From: Camelus dromedarius
Lineage: Eukaryota
DNA length: 64,000 nt
Direction of reading: 5' to 3'
Assembly (NCBI RefSeq): GCF_036321535.1
Contig: NC_087436.1
Span: 38,752,001-38,816,000 of the forward strand
The position numbers and the translations under genes were made by a program. Below the pieces are notes generated by a model, which was given only the letters and a program-made list of their open reading frames with translations, was not told the DNA's origin and searched no databases. Below, piece by piece: positions 1 through 12,460 of the stretch. Within the stretch, counting starts at the first letter, position 1. Every line of letters begins with the position of its first letter.

Positions 1-334
1 GAAAAGCAGAGAGGGGCCTCCAACCAATAAGCTGTAAAGGCCTTCAGCCAGCACCCAGCAAGAAAAAGAATTTCTCAGTTCTGCAATCATAAGACACTGA
101 ATTCTGCCAACAGCCTGAATAAGCTTGGAAGGGCATCCTTCTCCACTTGAGTCTCAGATGAGACTGCAACTCTGGTTGATACCTTGATTGCCTTATGAGA
201 CACCCCTGAGCAGAGGGCCCAGCTCAAGCAGCCTAGACTTCTGATTCTGAAACTGGGAGACAATGAATGTATGTTGCTTTAAGCCACTGATATTGTGGTA
301 ATATGGTTGCATAGCAATATATAACTAATATACA
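1..334 (+). mobile_element. MaLR LTR (MLT1 family), 3' part, truncated by window edge
   Basis: MLT1-type motifs ctgaattctgccaacagcctgaataagcttggaag, gttgctttaagccact and terminal gcaatatataactaatataca; subfamily from recalled consensus only. Confidence 0.8.
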
Positions 335-344
335 GCTCCTCAGT

Positions 345-1190
345 CTTTGCCTTCCTTAACCTTGAAATCTTTGAAGCATACAGGCTTTGAAGCATACAGG
401 CCAGTTATTTTGAAGAATGTCCCTCAGTCTGGGTGTTTTTGGTGGAAATCCCTTAATCTAATCCTCATGATTAGATTCATATTTTTGGCAGTTAATGACA
501 CAAAAGTAATGTCATATCCTTCCCAGTATATTCTATTAAAAGGTATCTACTGTTGGTTTGTCCCAATATAAGTGACACTAAGTTGATCACTTGATTAGAG
601 ATATCCACAAGGTCTCTTTTTTAAAGATACTATTTTCTCATAGTAACTAATAAGAAACCTGTGAGGAGATACTTTAAGCTATATAAATACTCCACCCATC
701 ATCAAACTCTCACTAATTAGCTTTAGCAACCATTAATGATTTTCTAATTACATGATTCCTATTATATTTATTAGTTGGTATTCTACTGTAAGGAACATTC
801 CTTTCTCTTCTATTTATTTGCTTATCTAGTTACTTATTTATTTCAGTATGGAATCAGGGTTTCTTATTTTGGCCAATGGTTTATAATTTGTTAATGTCAG
901 TATATATTTTGATATTCCAACGGCTCCAGATTTGTCCATTGGAAGCCCCTTTCAGATATGTCCTCTGTTCTTCTGATATGTTGGCATCATTTTTAAGCCC
1001 TTCTTGTTTTCTGACAAGATTTTCCAGGCACATTTTGTACATTACCTGTCACAGAGCTAGAATTTTTCTCCAAAGACTCCTGCTTTCTTTTAAAGTAAAG
1101 AGTGGTATTTAGAAACCAAAATCTTCGTATTAAGTTTACTCATTGCCAAATCAATGTCATTGCTTCTAGTATCTCTCAGTGACAGAGCTG
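345..1190 (-). mobile_element. Ancient L1 (L1MC-like) 3' region
   Basis: ttgaagcatacaggccagttattttgaagaatgtccctcag and agtggtatttagaaaccaaaatct resemble L1MC 3' UTR in antisense; the same motifs recur at 24.6-26.6 kb. Confidence 0.65.
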
Positions 1191-1199
1191 AAATATATA

Positions 1200-1340
1200 C
1201 TGAGATAAATTTAACAAAATACATGCAAGACATGCACTAAAAACTATGACATTGCTGGGAGAAATTTTACAAGATCAGAATAAATGGATAAATATACTAT
1301 GTTAATAGATTCTAGGACTCAACATTATTAAGATGTCGGT
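1200..1340 (+). mobile_element. L1 ORF2 fragment
   Basis: ataaatttaacaaaatacatgcaagac...aataaatggataaatatactatgtt...actcaacattattaagatgtc matches a decayed L1 ORF2 segment. Confidence 0.6.
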
Positions 1341-1344
1341 TATG

Positions 1345-1580
1345 AAGGTGTCTTCTGCTTAGCATCTCACAGGGCTGCAGTCAGCTTCTTGGCTGGAATT
1401 GTGGTCTCATCTGAGGCTTGACTGGGGAAATACCTGCCTCTGTGCTCACTCCAGTTGTAGGCAAAATTCCATTCCAGACTGAGGAATTCATTTTCTTGCT
1501 GGATGGAACTCCTTGTAAGCTGTCAGCTGGAGGCTGCCACAGCTCTTAGTAACTGCCTGCATTTCCTTGTCATGTGCGAT
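1345..1580 (-). mobile_element. MaLR LTR (MLT1) fragment
   Basis: ggtctcatctgaggcttgactgggga...gctgtcagctggaggctgcc...tccttgtcatgtg is typical antisense MLT1. Confidence 0.65.
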
Positions 1581-1591
1581 TTCCTCACCTG

Positions 1592-1623
1592 ATGCATGCA
1601 CACGCGCACGCACACACACACAC
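1592..1623. repeat. Alternating purine-pyrimidine tract (ATGC/CG/CA)
   Basis: atgcatgcacacgcgcacgcacacacacacac read directly. Confidence 0.9.
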
Positions 1624-3510
1624 TTAATTTTTAACCTCCAATTCCATTTCAACACCACAATGTACCTTCTAGCCTTCCCTTTCGACAATGAGAAACCTAG
1701 ATTCTATTATATGTGCAAAGACATTTACTCAATTTTCTCAAGCCTGGGATATACAGGTTTGCTGCAAAGGAATAGAAGATACTATGTGGTATTTTTTTTA
1801 AAAAAGAACAAGACAAAGTATTGGAGATATCTTGGCTTTTATAGTTTGTGTTCTTTTTTAGAAAAGAAATTTGATCATCCATGGTTTTGTTTGTTTTTCT
1901 AGTTATATGATCAAAACCTTTAGCAGTAGAGGTAGGTAAAAATCATGCAGAACCTTGTAAGCCATGTTAGAGAGTTTGGGTTTTATTCTAGTACAATGGA
2001 AATATGTTGGAAGGCTTTTTGTTAAATTGTTTGAAGTAGCATTAACATCATTTTCCAAGTTATTTCCCGGTAATGTTTATTATTTACTCACTCTTCAACT
2101 TACTCTAAAACAGCATGCTTAGATGTTTAGAGCTTAGATGCTTAGAGCAATCCATACCAATAAGTTAAAACATACATAAAATAATGGAGCAGATTGCGTT
2201 AAAGAATAAAATGGAGCTGAGAAACAAGAGGTCAGGGTAAGGTCAGTTCAAAATATGCTTAACTTTTAAGTACTTCAAAGTTACAAGAGGTATTGTTTTA
2301 TCTGAGTTTCCTGGAGACTAGAAAAGTTTGAAATGCCTCATCCCCCATCCCCTGTGGTCTGCTTGCCTCAGGTAACAAGCCTTCACAGTAACCCTCAACC
2401 CCATCTACACTACACAGAATTGAGACTCACTGATGGGAGACACCATGGATTGCTTTTCTTACACAAATTTTTCCAGAGCCTTCCTAGTTTTTGATAATTT
2501 AATCCTTTCAGGTTAGGAGAGAAAATGAACATTTCAATAGTGCCTGTTATAATCAAGGTAGCCAATCAAAGCAAGCAATCCAAGCCAAAAATTCACTCCA
2601 TCTTTAGTAGGAAAGTAGAGTTTTAAATTATAATTGCCTTCCTGAAGGGAGAAATGCATGGATTTCCACAGGGAAAAACTGAGCACTGAGGAGAATGAGT
2701 CTCTCATTCATGAGTGCTGTAATCACTATGATAGAACATATTAGAAGAGAACTCTTATTTTAAAATCTCATATAATTTATCATGCATTACTTCATACTCT
2801 GCTCCTTCGCTTGTTTTTTTTTTTTATTGATTTGTGGCTACTTATGTACAACAGTAAAGTTTCAGAGAAACTTAAGTTACAAAAAGACAATTATTCAATG
2901 CAGGAAGTGTAAACCATTGCATTGGGGGGTTGGAAGACATTTTTTTAAGTTCTCATATGATCTATTGAATTATGTGTTTCTATGTAGTGAGTAATGTCTT
3001 ACATTCTTGCCAAGAATATTTTGAAAGGAGTTTGTTAAAAGTATGTTAGCTAAATCACTTTTGGTGTATCACTGCAAATGGTGTCGTTCACACGTTGTGA
3101 AACACACAGCTCCAGATTTAATTCTGCCCAAAAAATTAGGTCATTGCAAAATACCATATTAAAACTACAAATGCCGTACAGAGAAATAAGGATGAGGATA
3201 AAGCAAAGGAAGACACTAATTCTTTTTTGTAAAGTATGATAGGGATAGGACAAAGGGTAGGAAGGCTGAGCCGTTTTAAACGGATACTTTTTTCGTGGTT
3301 GTGTGTATTAATTTCGGTTCAACATAAATGACGAATTAATTTAAAATTGGGCTAACTGGCTGCTCTGCACTGTACCCTACTCTCAAGTTAACCTAATTGT
3401 ATGGAGACACCCTTGTTTTCCGACTTCATACACAAACCATCCATGATTACTGTTTCAATTTATCTTTTCCTTCTTCCAGAAAATCTTTTTCCACTCATGA
3501 AAAGGAGTTT

Positions 3511-3538
3511 ATGCAAATTAAGCCTTTGATGCAAAGGC
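3511..3538. promoter_or_regulatory. POU octamer ATGCAAAT plus adjacent palindromic TCF/LEF-like site
   Basis: ATGCAAAT at 3511-3518; GCCTTTG-atg-CAAAGGC inverted repeat at 3522-3538, about 820 nt upstream of the A1 ATG. Motifs seen directly, function inferred. Confidence 0.45.
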
Positions 3539-4334
3539 ACTTAATTTATAATTATTGTTATTATTATTATTAACATTAAGCACGAGAATGGCTTTGTTGG
3601 AAGTTAACCACCAGGACCCGCTAATTTGTTTTGGTGACACACGCCCCAACTCTCCTTAGCCGGGCGCGGTCGTTGGCTGGGGCGCTTTGAGCCACCGCGA
3701 TGGCTGGGCTCCGGGAAAGATCGGTCCCGGCTCCTCCCAGACCGACGCGCTGGGCTGGCGGAAAGCTAGGCGGGACGGTCATTGTTCTCCTAAGCTCGAG
3801 GAAGAGCGCCCAGGCTAGCACCATCTCTCGCTTTCGGGCGAACTTTCCCTAGCTGCCGCTTTCTGGGCTTGGGATGGGTCTCCACTGCGCGACCTTCCCT
3901 TTCCTAGAGTGGGACGCTCAGCGAACACACCCACAGTCACCTTTGCGCGCTCGTCTGGAGCCGGCTTGGCACACAGCGCACCCCAGCGGCCGCGTGGCCA
4001 CCTTCTAGCCCTGGCCACTTGGCTTCCGGAGAGCTCGCCAGTAGCCGCCGTGGCCGCCTCGGAATCTGGAGACTGCGAGAGCCAGATCCCAGGGAAGGCG
4101 CGGAGCTGCTGCACCCTGCCCCGCCCGCCACACCTGGGAGCTGTGAAGACCGAGAGAGGCGGGGCGCGGCAGGAGGCTGGCCCTGTGCCGGAGCAGCTTC
4201 GCCGAAAGCCGGCCGGACTGCAGCTAAGGCGAAGGGGGAGGGTCTCCAGGCAGAGTGCCGCTCCTCCGAGGGAGGGACCCCAGCTGGGGTGGAAAACCAG
4301 CACCAGCGAGCAGCAGAGACGCGCCGCGCTGACC

Positions 4335-4456
4335 ATGGAGCCGGCCGGCCCCGGCTCCGCGCTCCCGCAGCAGCAGTGGGACCGGGACTCGGTAGAAGCG
4401 TGGCTGGACGATCACTGGGACTTTACCTCTTCTTACTTTGTTAGGAAAGCCACCAG
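4335..4456 (+). CDS. PDE5A: PDE5A first coding exon, isoform A1 ([40 protein letters not shown] + AG)
   Basis: Strong Kozak accATGG at 4335; peptide matches the PDE5A1 N-terminus (bovine-like short Q tract); donor AG|gtaaga at 4457; phase 2 joins exon 2 to give ..KATREMVNAW. Confidence 0.97.
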
Positions 4457-4974
4457 GTAAGAAGAGGACCCACAGAAGACCCGGCCGGGGCATGGAGCGT
4501 GACTTGGGGCTGGTCTCCCTACCCTATTGATTTTTCCCTTTCGTTAACCATTAAACAGCCTCGGCTCTCAGGCCCTTTGCTTTTGAAGTAGGTCCTTGAT
4601 CCTGTTACGGTGTAGAGACCTCTACTTTTAGGCGAGTACAGTCCAAAAACCCGAGAGTCGGATACGATCCAACCTGGTCACAAAGTTCAAATACAAGTAT
4701 GTACGTGCCGCCCCCCCCCCACCCCCACTCCGGCAGTCCTGATATTGTCTGGGAGTAAGATTATTTTCATATGTCCGCGTTCACGGGCCTTCCTCTGGCC
4801 CTTCTCTAGCATCCTGGTTTCCCTAAATCTTCTTAGCGAAACCAAAACAGTTTTTGAGCCCCTTCCCTGCAGCTCCGGAAGCACCATTTCCAACGCGGTC
4901 CCTGCGGCTGCGCTCCTCCCCCCGTCCCCTTTTGCCCCGGCCCTGGCGGGGCGGGGAAGCCCGGGTAGGGGCGA

Positions 4975-5021
4975 GACCACGGGGAAGCCCAAAGGCAGCA
5001 ACATGCCGGAACCTTCCCAGA
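4975..5021 (+). other. PDE5A: Probable PDE5A3-type alternative first exon (3' end; TSS unknown)
   Basis: Good donor AGA|gtgagt at 5022 lying between A1 and A2, the known A1-A3-A2 order; cccaaaggcagcaacatgccggaaccttcccaga resembles my recollection of the human A3 exon (unverified). Main-frame PDE5A3 would start at exon-2 ATG 20055. Confidence 0.55.
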
Positions 5022-5881
5022 GTGAGTGCTGTCGCCTTTTGCCCCCCTGCAGTCCCCTGATTGTCCCGCGCTCCTCCTTTCCTTCGCTTTTGCGCGCAAG
5101 GCGGCGCCGCGGAACAGGCTACGCGGAGGGGTTTGCGGCGCGCACACAAAGGACACCGGGGAGGCTTGGCGGGGAGCAGACCCCGAGAGGTGTCAGGACC
5201 CGCGTGGCCCGAGGCGACCCCAGAGGCCAGCTCCTCCTGATCCGGAGCCAAGCGCCGGGGCGGCCGTTGCAGAGGGCGGGGAGGAGGGAGCCTGTCCTTT
5301 GGGAGGCGGCGGCGCAGGGGGCAGTCGGAGCGCGCGTGGGAAACGCTCGCGGGAGAGTTGGAGAAGAATTGAGACTGAAGCCGAGGGAGTAGGAGGGTGG
5401 GGTGGAGAGTGAGTGGCGGACGGGTGCTTACTAGCCTGAGGAGTTGGTGCGAAGCCGGGGCGAGGGCAAGGCTGCTGCGCGTGGACTCGGGCTGACTCCC
5501 GGACGCACGCCTTTGGAGAAAGGGCCGGAACCTCGCCGTCGCCGGCCCCCGGCAGCAGCCTTCGGGTAGTTGGCGCTGGCCGCCTCGGCCGGGGAGGGAG
5601 ACGCACGCGGGGAGGTGATGGTGGAGGAGCCGGCCGGGGCTCGGAGCTGGGCTCCCACCCGCCGGCGCGCGGCTGCGGCTCAGCCGGGCGCTCCCCGCCA
5701 GGGGGCGGCGCAGCGCGGGGCAAGTGGGCAGCAGCGGGCGGTGGCGCTACGGCGGGGGCGGTAGAGGAACCGGCTTCGAGTCGCCGGCCTCACCTGGGCG
5801 CGTCGTCGCCCCCGGGCACCTCCTGGAGTCTAGGGGCCGCCGAGGCCGCATGGTCTACACTACGAACTTCCCACCTTTGCT

Positions 5882-5907
5882 ATGTTGCCTTTTGGAGACA
5901 AGACAAG
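5882..5907 (+). CDS. PDE5A: PDE5A alternative first coding exon, isoform A2 (MLPFGDKT + AG)
   Basis: ATG TTG CCT TTT GGA GAC AAG ACA AG|gtactt; MLPFGDKTR is the known PDE5A2 N-terminus; phase 2 is compatible with exon 2. Confidence 0.95.
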
Positions 5908-8900
5908 GTACTTCCTTCAGCATCCCCCTTTCCCACTTTCCCCAGGGGTGCGGTGGGGGCCGGGTGCTGGATGGTAGCGCCCGCGTCACACCGACGGGGC
6001 AATGCTTCATTGAAAATAGACTCAATGATATTTTTGTTTTCCTTTCCTCTTGCGGATGTATTGCTTTGAAGTCTTACATAGGACTCTTTAACCCTGTTTC
6101 TCCTATCGAGCGTTCAGAGTTGGTGTTGATTTGATCATTTTCGGGGGGAGGGTTAGCCGAGACGATGGGTTCGGGACAAATCTTATCTCTTCTGTTTAAT
6201 TATTCCGCCTTCCTTTTAAAATCCTCTTCCCCGCTTTCGCCTTCCGTTAAAATACTAAATCTGGAGCCACCAGAGGATAAACCCTGAATGGAAAGTGGTT
6301 TCTTTTCAAAGGGTACTTTTCAGCGAGTTTATAGGGAGGCACTAAGACCATCTTAAGTCTGGAATTATCGATCGCTGGGGACCAACAGTTTTTTAGAGGT
6401 TACTTCCTCCGAGGCCATCTGTCCCCAGTTTCCTTTCACTCTTTCACAATTCCACCCTTCTGCCCTTATTGAATTATAGCGTATAGAATGGGGAGTGGGC
6501 AGGGGAACTAGGCTGATTTTTTTAAGTGTGGGGATGTTCCTTAGGCAGATTATTAAGAAAGAACAAAATTATTTGTTTTAAAATAAAATTAGGATAAATG
6601 TCCTTTTTCTTTTTTTCTCCCCTCTCCCTTTGAAGACATAAATTTGAGATCGGCGGTAGTTTTTAACTCACATAAAAACATTTCACTTTCAGAGCCTGCC
6701 AAAACTTTAAATGTAACTTTTTTCTGAAAGTAAATTGAAATAGTTAAGTTACATTTCTTTTCACATTATTTTTTCTTCCAAGTAGAATAGGATTAAAATC
6801 CCAATTCTCAAAATTACACTGCTTAGTGTAAAATTTAGATCAGCTGAGACTCCATTAAAGGCTTTTTCTTCACTTAGGGTTTTTATGTTATAGTTGATGT
6901 TGACAATAGGCCGAATGCTTTCTATGATATATATGTGTGTGTCTGAAGAGTTTATGTTGCGTACAAGTTGGAAAACGAAAGTGTAAGATACTCAAGAGTT
7001 GTGCAGGCCCTCAATTTTAGAAGGTATAAAGCAATGAAAGTTGTCAGTATGAAGAATATAATCTAAGGCTTGTGTGCAGCCAGAGGTTTTTTTCAAGAAA
7101 CAATATTGCAGTTTGAGCTTGTATTTGGTGGCATTAATTGGAGACTTAAAATAAGAAAGAGAAATTGGACATTAGTTGATTATAAAAACGCGAGACTGCT
7201 AAACCCAGTGTGATTCACATGATTGTGGTAAACTTATTGCAGACACTTTAGCTTTACAGCTGAGTTTTGTTTTGTTTTGTTTTTAACAAGAAACTGGCAT
7301 TACTTTGCTTTTTTCTCTTTTGTTATATTTTGTATGTGTAAAATGAATACTGCATGTGATTCAGGAAGCCCATGAAACAATATTTGTATAGAGGCATTTG
7401 GCATGTTTTAAGATTTAAAATAAATTTGAATTCACTTAGACTGGCCATCTGTGCCTATAAACAGGCTCATTGATTGAACTATTTCTACATTATTTGATTT
7501 AATTATTGTTTAATATTCATGCACGCTTCTCTATCCCTATCTCCAGACTGAATCATATGCACTCAATAGTAGTCATTGAATGGAAGGAAAGTTCTGGCAT
7601 TCCTAAACTTTCATTTAAACACCTGTGAATTTTGATTGGCCTTAAAGCAATTATTACCACTATGTTACATTGTTTGCACATTGTTTCCAAAATTACCTTC
7701 AAAGACAGAGCTAAGCACCTACCTAAAAGCTATAGTGTGAAGCACAAAAATAGGTGCTTTTTAGCAATCACAACCTGTTTAAGTAAATTTGAGTGTCAGT
7801 TGAACAATTCATTGCATAAGCAACTGGCATATAAATCAATTTGAGGCTAGAAACTACAACCTATGGAAAACTCCCACCCTTGCCATTGTAGAAAATTTTG
7901 CAGTCCTTCAGGCTTGAGATGCTGTATTCATTAAGGGCTTTAATGCTCAAGCATTCAGAGATGAAGCCTTTCTCTTGCTAATGCCACTTTAACATCTGTT
8001 GTTATTCTTGACATCTTATTAGAATAATTTCCCTTTCATTAGTTTCTAATCAGCTTTGTGATTATGGGCAATGTTTTAGGTCATTTAGTATTATAGGGGT
8101 AATATGATTGACTTTGTTGCTTTTGTTTTGTACTAGGCAAAAGCTTGAGAATATTTGGCATATACTGGAAATAGGAGATAGTAAGTGAGGACAGCTTTTT
8201 ATGACTGCTTGGGTCAAAGTCCAGAAACAGAAGTTTTACACTCCTATGTAGTTTTTCTATGATAGACTTTTTATTTGACACTGCAAAGCTGTAGTGAATT
8301 AGTTGATGTTCCGGGTCATGTGTTTGGGATTCTTTCTTTCTTTTTTTTTTTTTTTTTTTTTTTTCACCATAGTTTTTTTCTCATCTCTAAAAGTTGTAAT
8401 GTTTTTATTTGCAAGATATTTATCTTCAAATCAGATGATGGGTGTAAAATAAATATTGCTATTCAATCTTAAAATTTTTTGATCATCATATAGGAATATA
8501 AACTTTTTGCAGTTTTCAGACAAAAGGTTTGTTAAGCATGTTTTGTTAAATAGTCGCTAGTGTTGAAGGTAATAAAACCCTGTGGGTATTGGCTCAGTCT
8601 GACTTTGATACTATTTCTAATATTTTTATTATGGTAATTCTGGTGCAATAATGTCCTTTTATCCTTGTATTACGTATAATCAGGGTTTATATAGCCAGTT
8701 CTAAGGTAACTTTTTTAGTGCCCTAAAAGTGCTCATGTGGATTGAATTTAGATAGGATTGAATCTGGAAAAATCCACAGGAGTCTCTGAAATGATGTTTC
8801 TCATTGCTCATAGTGTTCTCAAAGTTTTGTATTCAGATCCAGTTCAGAGCCCATCTTACAAAATAATGATTCCCAAAACTGTGGTAGAATTAATGCAGTG

Positions 8901-10449
8901 GCAATTAGGCATAGATATCTCAAAGTAAATCTATTTGCTTAGTATAACATAAACTTAAATAGGCTTCTGGTACAATTCAGTAGCTTTTTTTTTCAGTTTG
9001 TGATCTGAAGATTTGTAGAACTTGCCAATATTTTCATAATATCATCTTCAGCACCTAAGGATGAGCAGATTTTTAGCCTTTTGATTATACTGTGCAACAA
9101 AATTTCCTTTTTAAATAGTTCCACCTAAAGAAATGATTTGAGTCTGGTTTCATATCATTTCTTTGAAAATCTTTGGAAGTGCTTTCAAGTTGGATAGGTA
9201 AAGCTTGTACCTTTGCCCTTACTGATTGCAGAGAATATGTCTTACTAGGTTGCATCCCTTCCTCTAGATTTGAAAATGCAAATTAACTGAAAATTGCTTG
9301 AACTTCCTAGTACATTTTAATAATGCTTGGGAAATTTTTTTTTCATAATTGAAAACGCTTAAAAAAAAAAGAACTGCTTGGTATTTATTAGTTTATCCTC
9401 AGAATAGTTTTCAATCTAACGATTCATTAAACCTGTAACTGTTGTGTTGAGTTAGATTTGTTCTTTGTTCACAGGGTTGATTGTAGGATAGAAACTTCCT
9501 AGTATAAAAGTCTTTAGTAGGGATTGAGGGCATTAAATAAATCACTGAGTTGATTGATATTGAAAGGTTAAAAAATGACTTAATTTTTGAATTTAGGATG
9601 CAGACTAGATATTGACTTTGCAGGATTTCTATGAAATTAGTTTAGCTGGACAGATATAGATTCAGTTGACTAGCGTTATAGCTGACTGATGTAGCCTTGG
9701 AAATATCTCTTATATCTGGTTCTTAGTTTAAAAAAAAAAAAGCCTGTGAAGTACATACCTAAGAATAAAAATTGAAGAAACTTTTTCCACATGAGTCATT
9801 CATTTGATATTTAGCTCTGTACTGTTATTTATTGACTTGGTATTCTCATTTTATTTTGAATCATTTTTTTTTCATGGTGTAAGTGCTTTATTCATTTTCT
9901 CTAACTGGTAGGAATTTGTATCTTTTGCCAAGGAAATTTAAGGCAGGTAAAGCAAACTGAATATTAAGTTTATAAGAATGATTCTGATAAATATTCTAAG
10001 AAGCCTTTAAAGATATATATATTCATATCCCCTATTTGTAGTTTGTAGTGAACATGCTTTTTAAAGTCTTAGGTGCCACTGTTCGTTTCTGTATTTTTTG
10101 AGACATTTCCCTTGATTCTGAATTACAAAGTAAGATTAACTTCTTGCAAACTGTCTTCTCTGAATAATTTCATTACATGTAAACTTGGGAGAAAAGGGCT
10201 CCCCATCTGATGATTATATCCCTAGTGATAACTATTTTTTTAAAAAATAGTTTCTGTTGAATAACTGTGCTGAGGCTATAAGAAGAGAAAAGATCATGAC
10301 CTTTTAGGCTGATGAAATAATTATAACACACACACACAGAATCTTTGAACTTAGAGTTGGAGGGGATTATGTAATCCTGTGTTTCTCAAACTGAAGTGAT
10401 GTTCCCCTATTAAAGACAGACATTCTTAGTGATCTCCAGTATCTTAGTG

Positions 10450-10960
10450 AGAAAGTTTTTGGTCACAAGTGACAGAAACCCAACTGAACTCATATAAAAT
10501 TGACTCACATAATTGACGAGCCTGGGGGATTGACGTGCATATGAAATTCAGCTGATGAAATAATTTTGTCAAGATTCTGTCTTTCTGTCTGTAGATCTGT
10601 CTAATCTGTCTGTCCTTCCTTCAGTCTATCTATCCATCCTTTCTTCCTTCCTCCTGTCCATCCATTCATCGATCTATCCTTTTGGCCCTATTTTTTGTTG
10701 ACTTTATCTCCTGCATGCTTTCTTTATGTACTAGAAAAGTTTCTTGCAAGTTTATGTGGATCTTATACTTCTGATGTTTGAGAAGTACCATATCTATATC
10801 AGTCCTCTCAAAATTATTTTGGCCTTGCATCACTTCTCTGCTCTGGACCAATCATTTGTCTGGAAGAATAGGGTTGTCTCACTGCCTTATTGGGGCAGGT
10901 AACCCATAGTGTGATGTCACTGGGTTGGGGGAGCAGTCCCAAAAGAAAGTGATGTGAGCA
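10450..10960 (-). mobile_element. Degenerate MaLR LTR (old MLT1) with internal TCTA/TCCA/TTCC low-complexity tract
   Basis: ggtcacaagtgacagaaacccaactgaact head typical of old MLT1; simple repeat at about 10590-10680. Confidence 0.45.
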
Positions 10961-12072
10961 CACCCAGAAGTTCCAGATATCTGCCATACTTAGTATTGAC
11001 TTTGTTTTATTTTAATGTTATTTAAATGTGGAATTCTTAAGAGTAGGTATAATTTAATCATAGTTATAGCATTTATGCAACTATAATGCCAAAATAAATG
11101 TATAAGTTAGTTACAAATAAATTGATAAAACTCTAGCCAAATGCAAATTGACAGCATTCATTAAATCATCCTTGCAGAGTGAATATGGCCCCGAGTACCC
11201 AGTGTGGGTCTGGTGAGATCAGCTTGCCTTTGCTGCAGTTGCCCTGTGATGATTAATTTCTCCCACTGGGTCTCTTAACAGTCATGAAACTTTTATTCCT
11301 GTAACACAGCATACCATCTTTTGGGTTTTATTTGGCTTGAAAGCATATTTGCATATCAAGTCTACCTCTTTTATTTTCTCTTTATTCCAGAACCATTGGG
11401 CGGCAGTATAACACAATATAAACCTGACCGCTAAAATTGCAGGATAATATTTGGTTATAAGGTGGTCATCCCAGTAATAAGGTATACTTCTTCCACCTTT
11501 TTTGGTTTTAATTGTATTATTATAAAAACACAAAATTAAAACATTTTCATAGAAACAGTATAGACATTCAAAACATACTTGCTTTGGACTCTTAGGGCTT
11601 CTCATACCTCAGTTGAGACTTGCCAGTCCAGTCCAGTCTCTCCCATATCTAAATTGCAAAACAAATCAGTTTATATATTTACAGCATAGATTTTGGTTAG
11701 TGTGTTTTCTTTCAGATGTAAGTAGGTTTTCCTTTAAGGAACATTTTTTATACGTGATTGTACATGCATGGAAAATTACAAAACATGTCACTTACAACTC
11801 TCAAATTTGAATGTAAAACCGTATGAAGCAGTTCTGCATTTTATTTATATTTTGTCCCAATATATTTTGTCTCATGTTTCAGAGCTGGAGAAATCTCACA
11901 ATATTAAATAACTTTAGGTAGTGTTTGTTTCCAGTCCATGAGAGAAGCAAGTGAACTACTCACTGTAGCATCAGAATAGAGATTATTGGCAGAATTACTT
12001 GGAGGTGCCCCAGACCTCCCCTGTGTCATTTAATACCCTGTTATAGTGTGTTAATCTTTTATTCATCTAAAC

Positions 12073-12266
12073 CAGTGCTTCTTAAATTGGATGCTCTTTG
12101 GCATTTGGTGGTGTCACTTCTTGTTGTTGTGAGAAGCTGTTTACCATGTTGTAGGATATTTAACATCCCTGGGCCCCAGACACTGACAGTGCACCCCAAT
12201 CATTGTGACACATATTTCTAAATGCTTCCCAAAGACTGGCACCACTGTTTGGTTGGAAGCCATTGT
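12073..12266 (-). mobile_element. MER20-like hAT MITE
   Basis: cagtgcttcttaaa...tgtaggatatttaacatccctgg...ttgtgaca...ggttggaagccattg follows the antisense MER20 consensus as recalled. Confidence 0.7.
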
Positions 12267-12314
12267 TTTGAACCGTTTAAAATTTATTTCTATTTATGGT
12301 GGGTAAGGGCCTCA

Positions 12315-12460
12315 GATAGGACAGATTTAAGCTTCAACACCAGAGCTACTTCTTTCTAAGAGTATGACCTTAGGTACTTTATTTACTTTGTCTATAAAAT
12401 GGAAATGATAGCATTTACTTCTAGGGTTCTTAAGAAATTAAAAGGAAATAATGCATATTT
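12315..12460 (+). mobile_element. MIR SINE
   Basis: tatgaccttaggtac...tctataaaatggaaatgatagcatttacttctagggtt core. Confidence 0.7.

Larger units (their letters stand above)
3640..6200. promoter_or_regulatory. PDE5A: CpG island spanning the PDE5A promoters and alternative first exons
   Basis: Abrupt switch from AT-rich to GC/CpG-dense sequence; GC boxes (ccccgccc near 4119, ggggcgggg 4948-4956, gggggcgg near 5754); contains the first exons. Confidence 0.93.

Noticed and set aside
4687..5764. Long overlapping ORFs on both strands in the CpG island (e.g. 4745..5392, 5193..5723)
   Set aside because: Low-complexity Pro/Arg/Gly/Ala translations expected from stop-poor GC-rich DNA; mostly non-AUG starts, no recognisable family.
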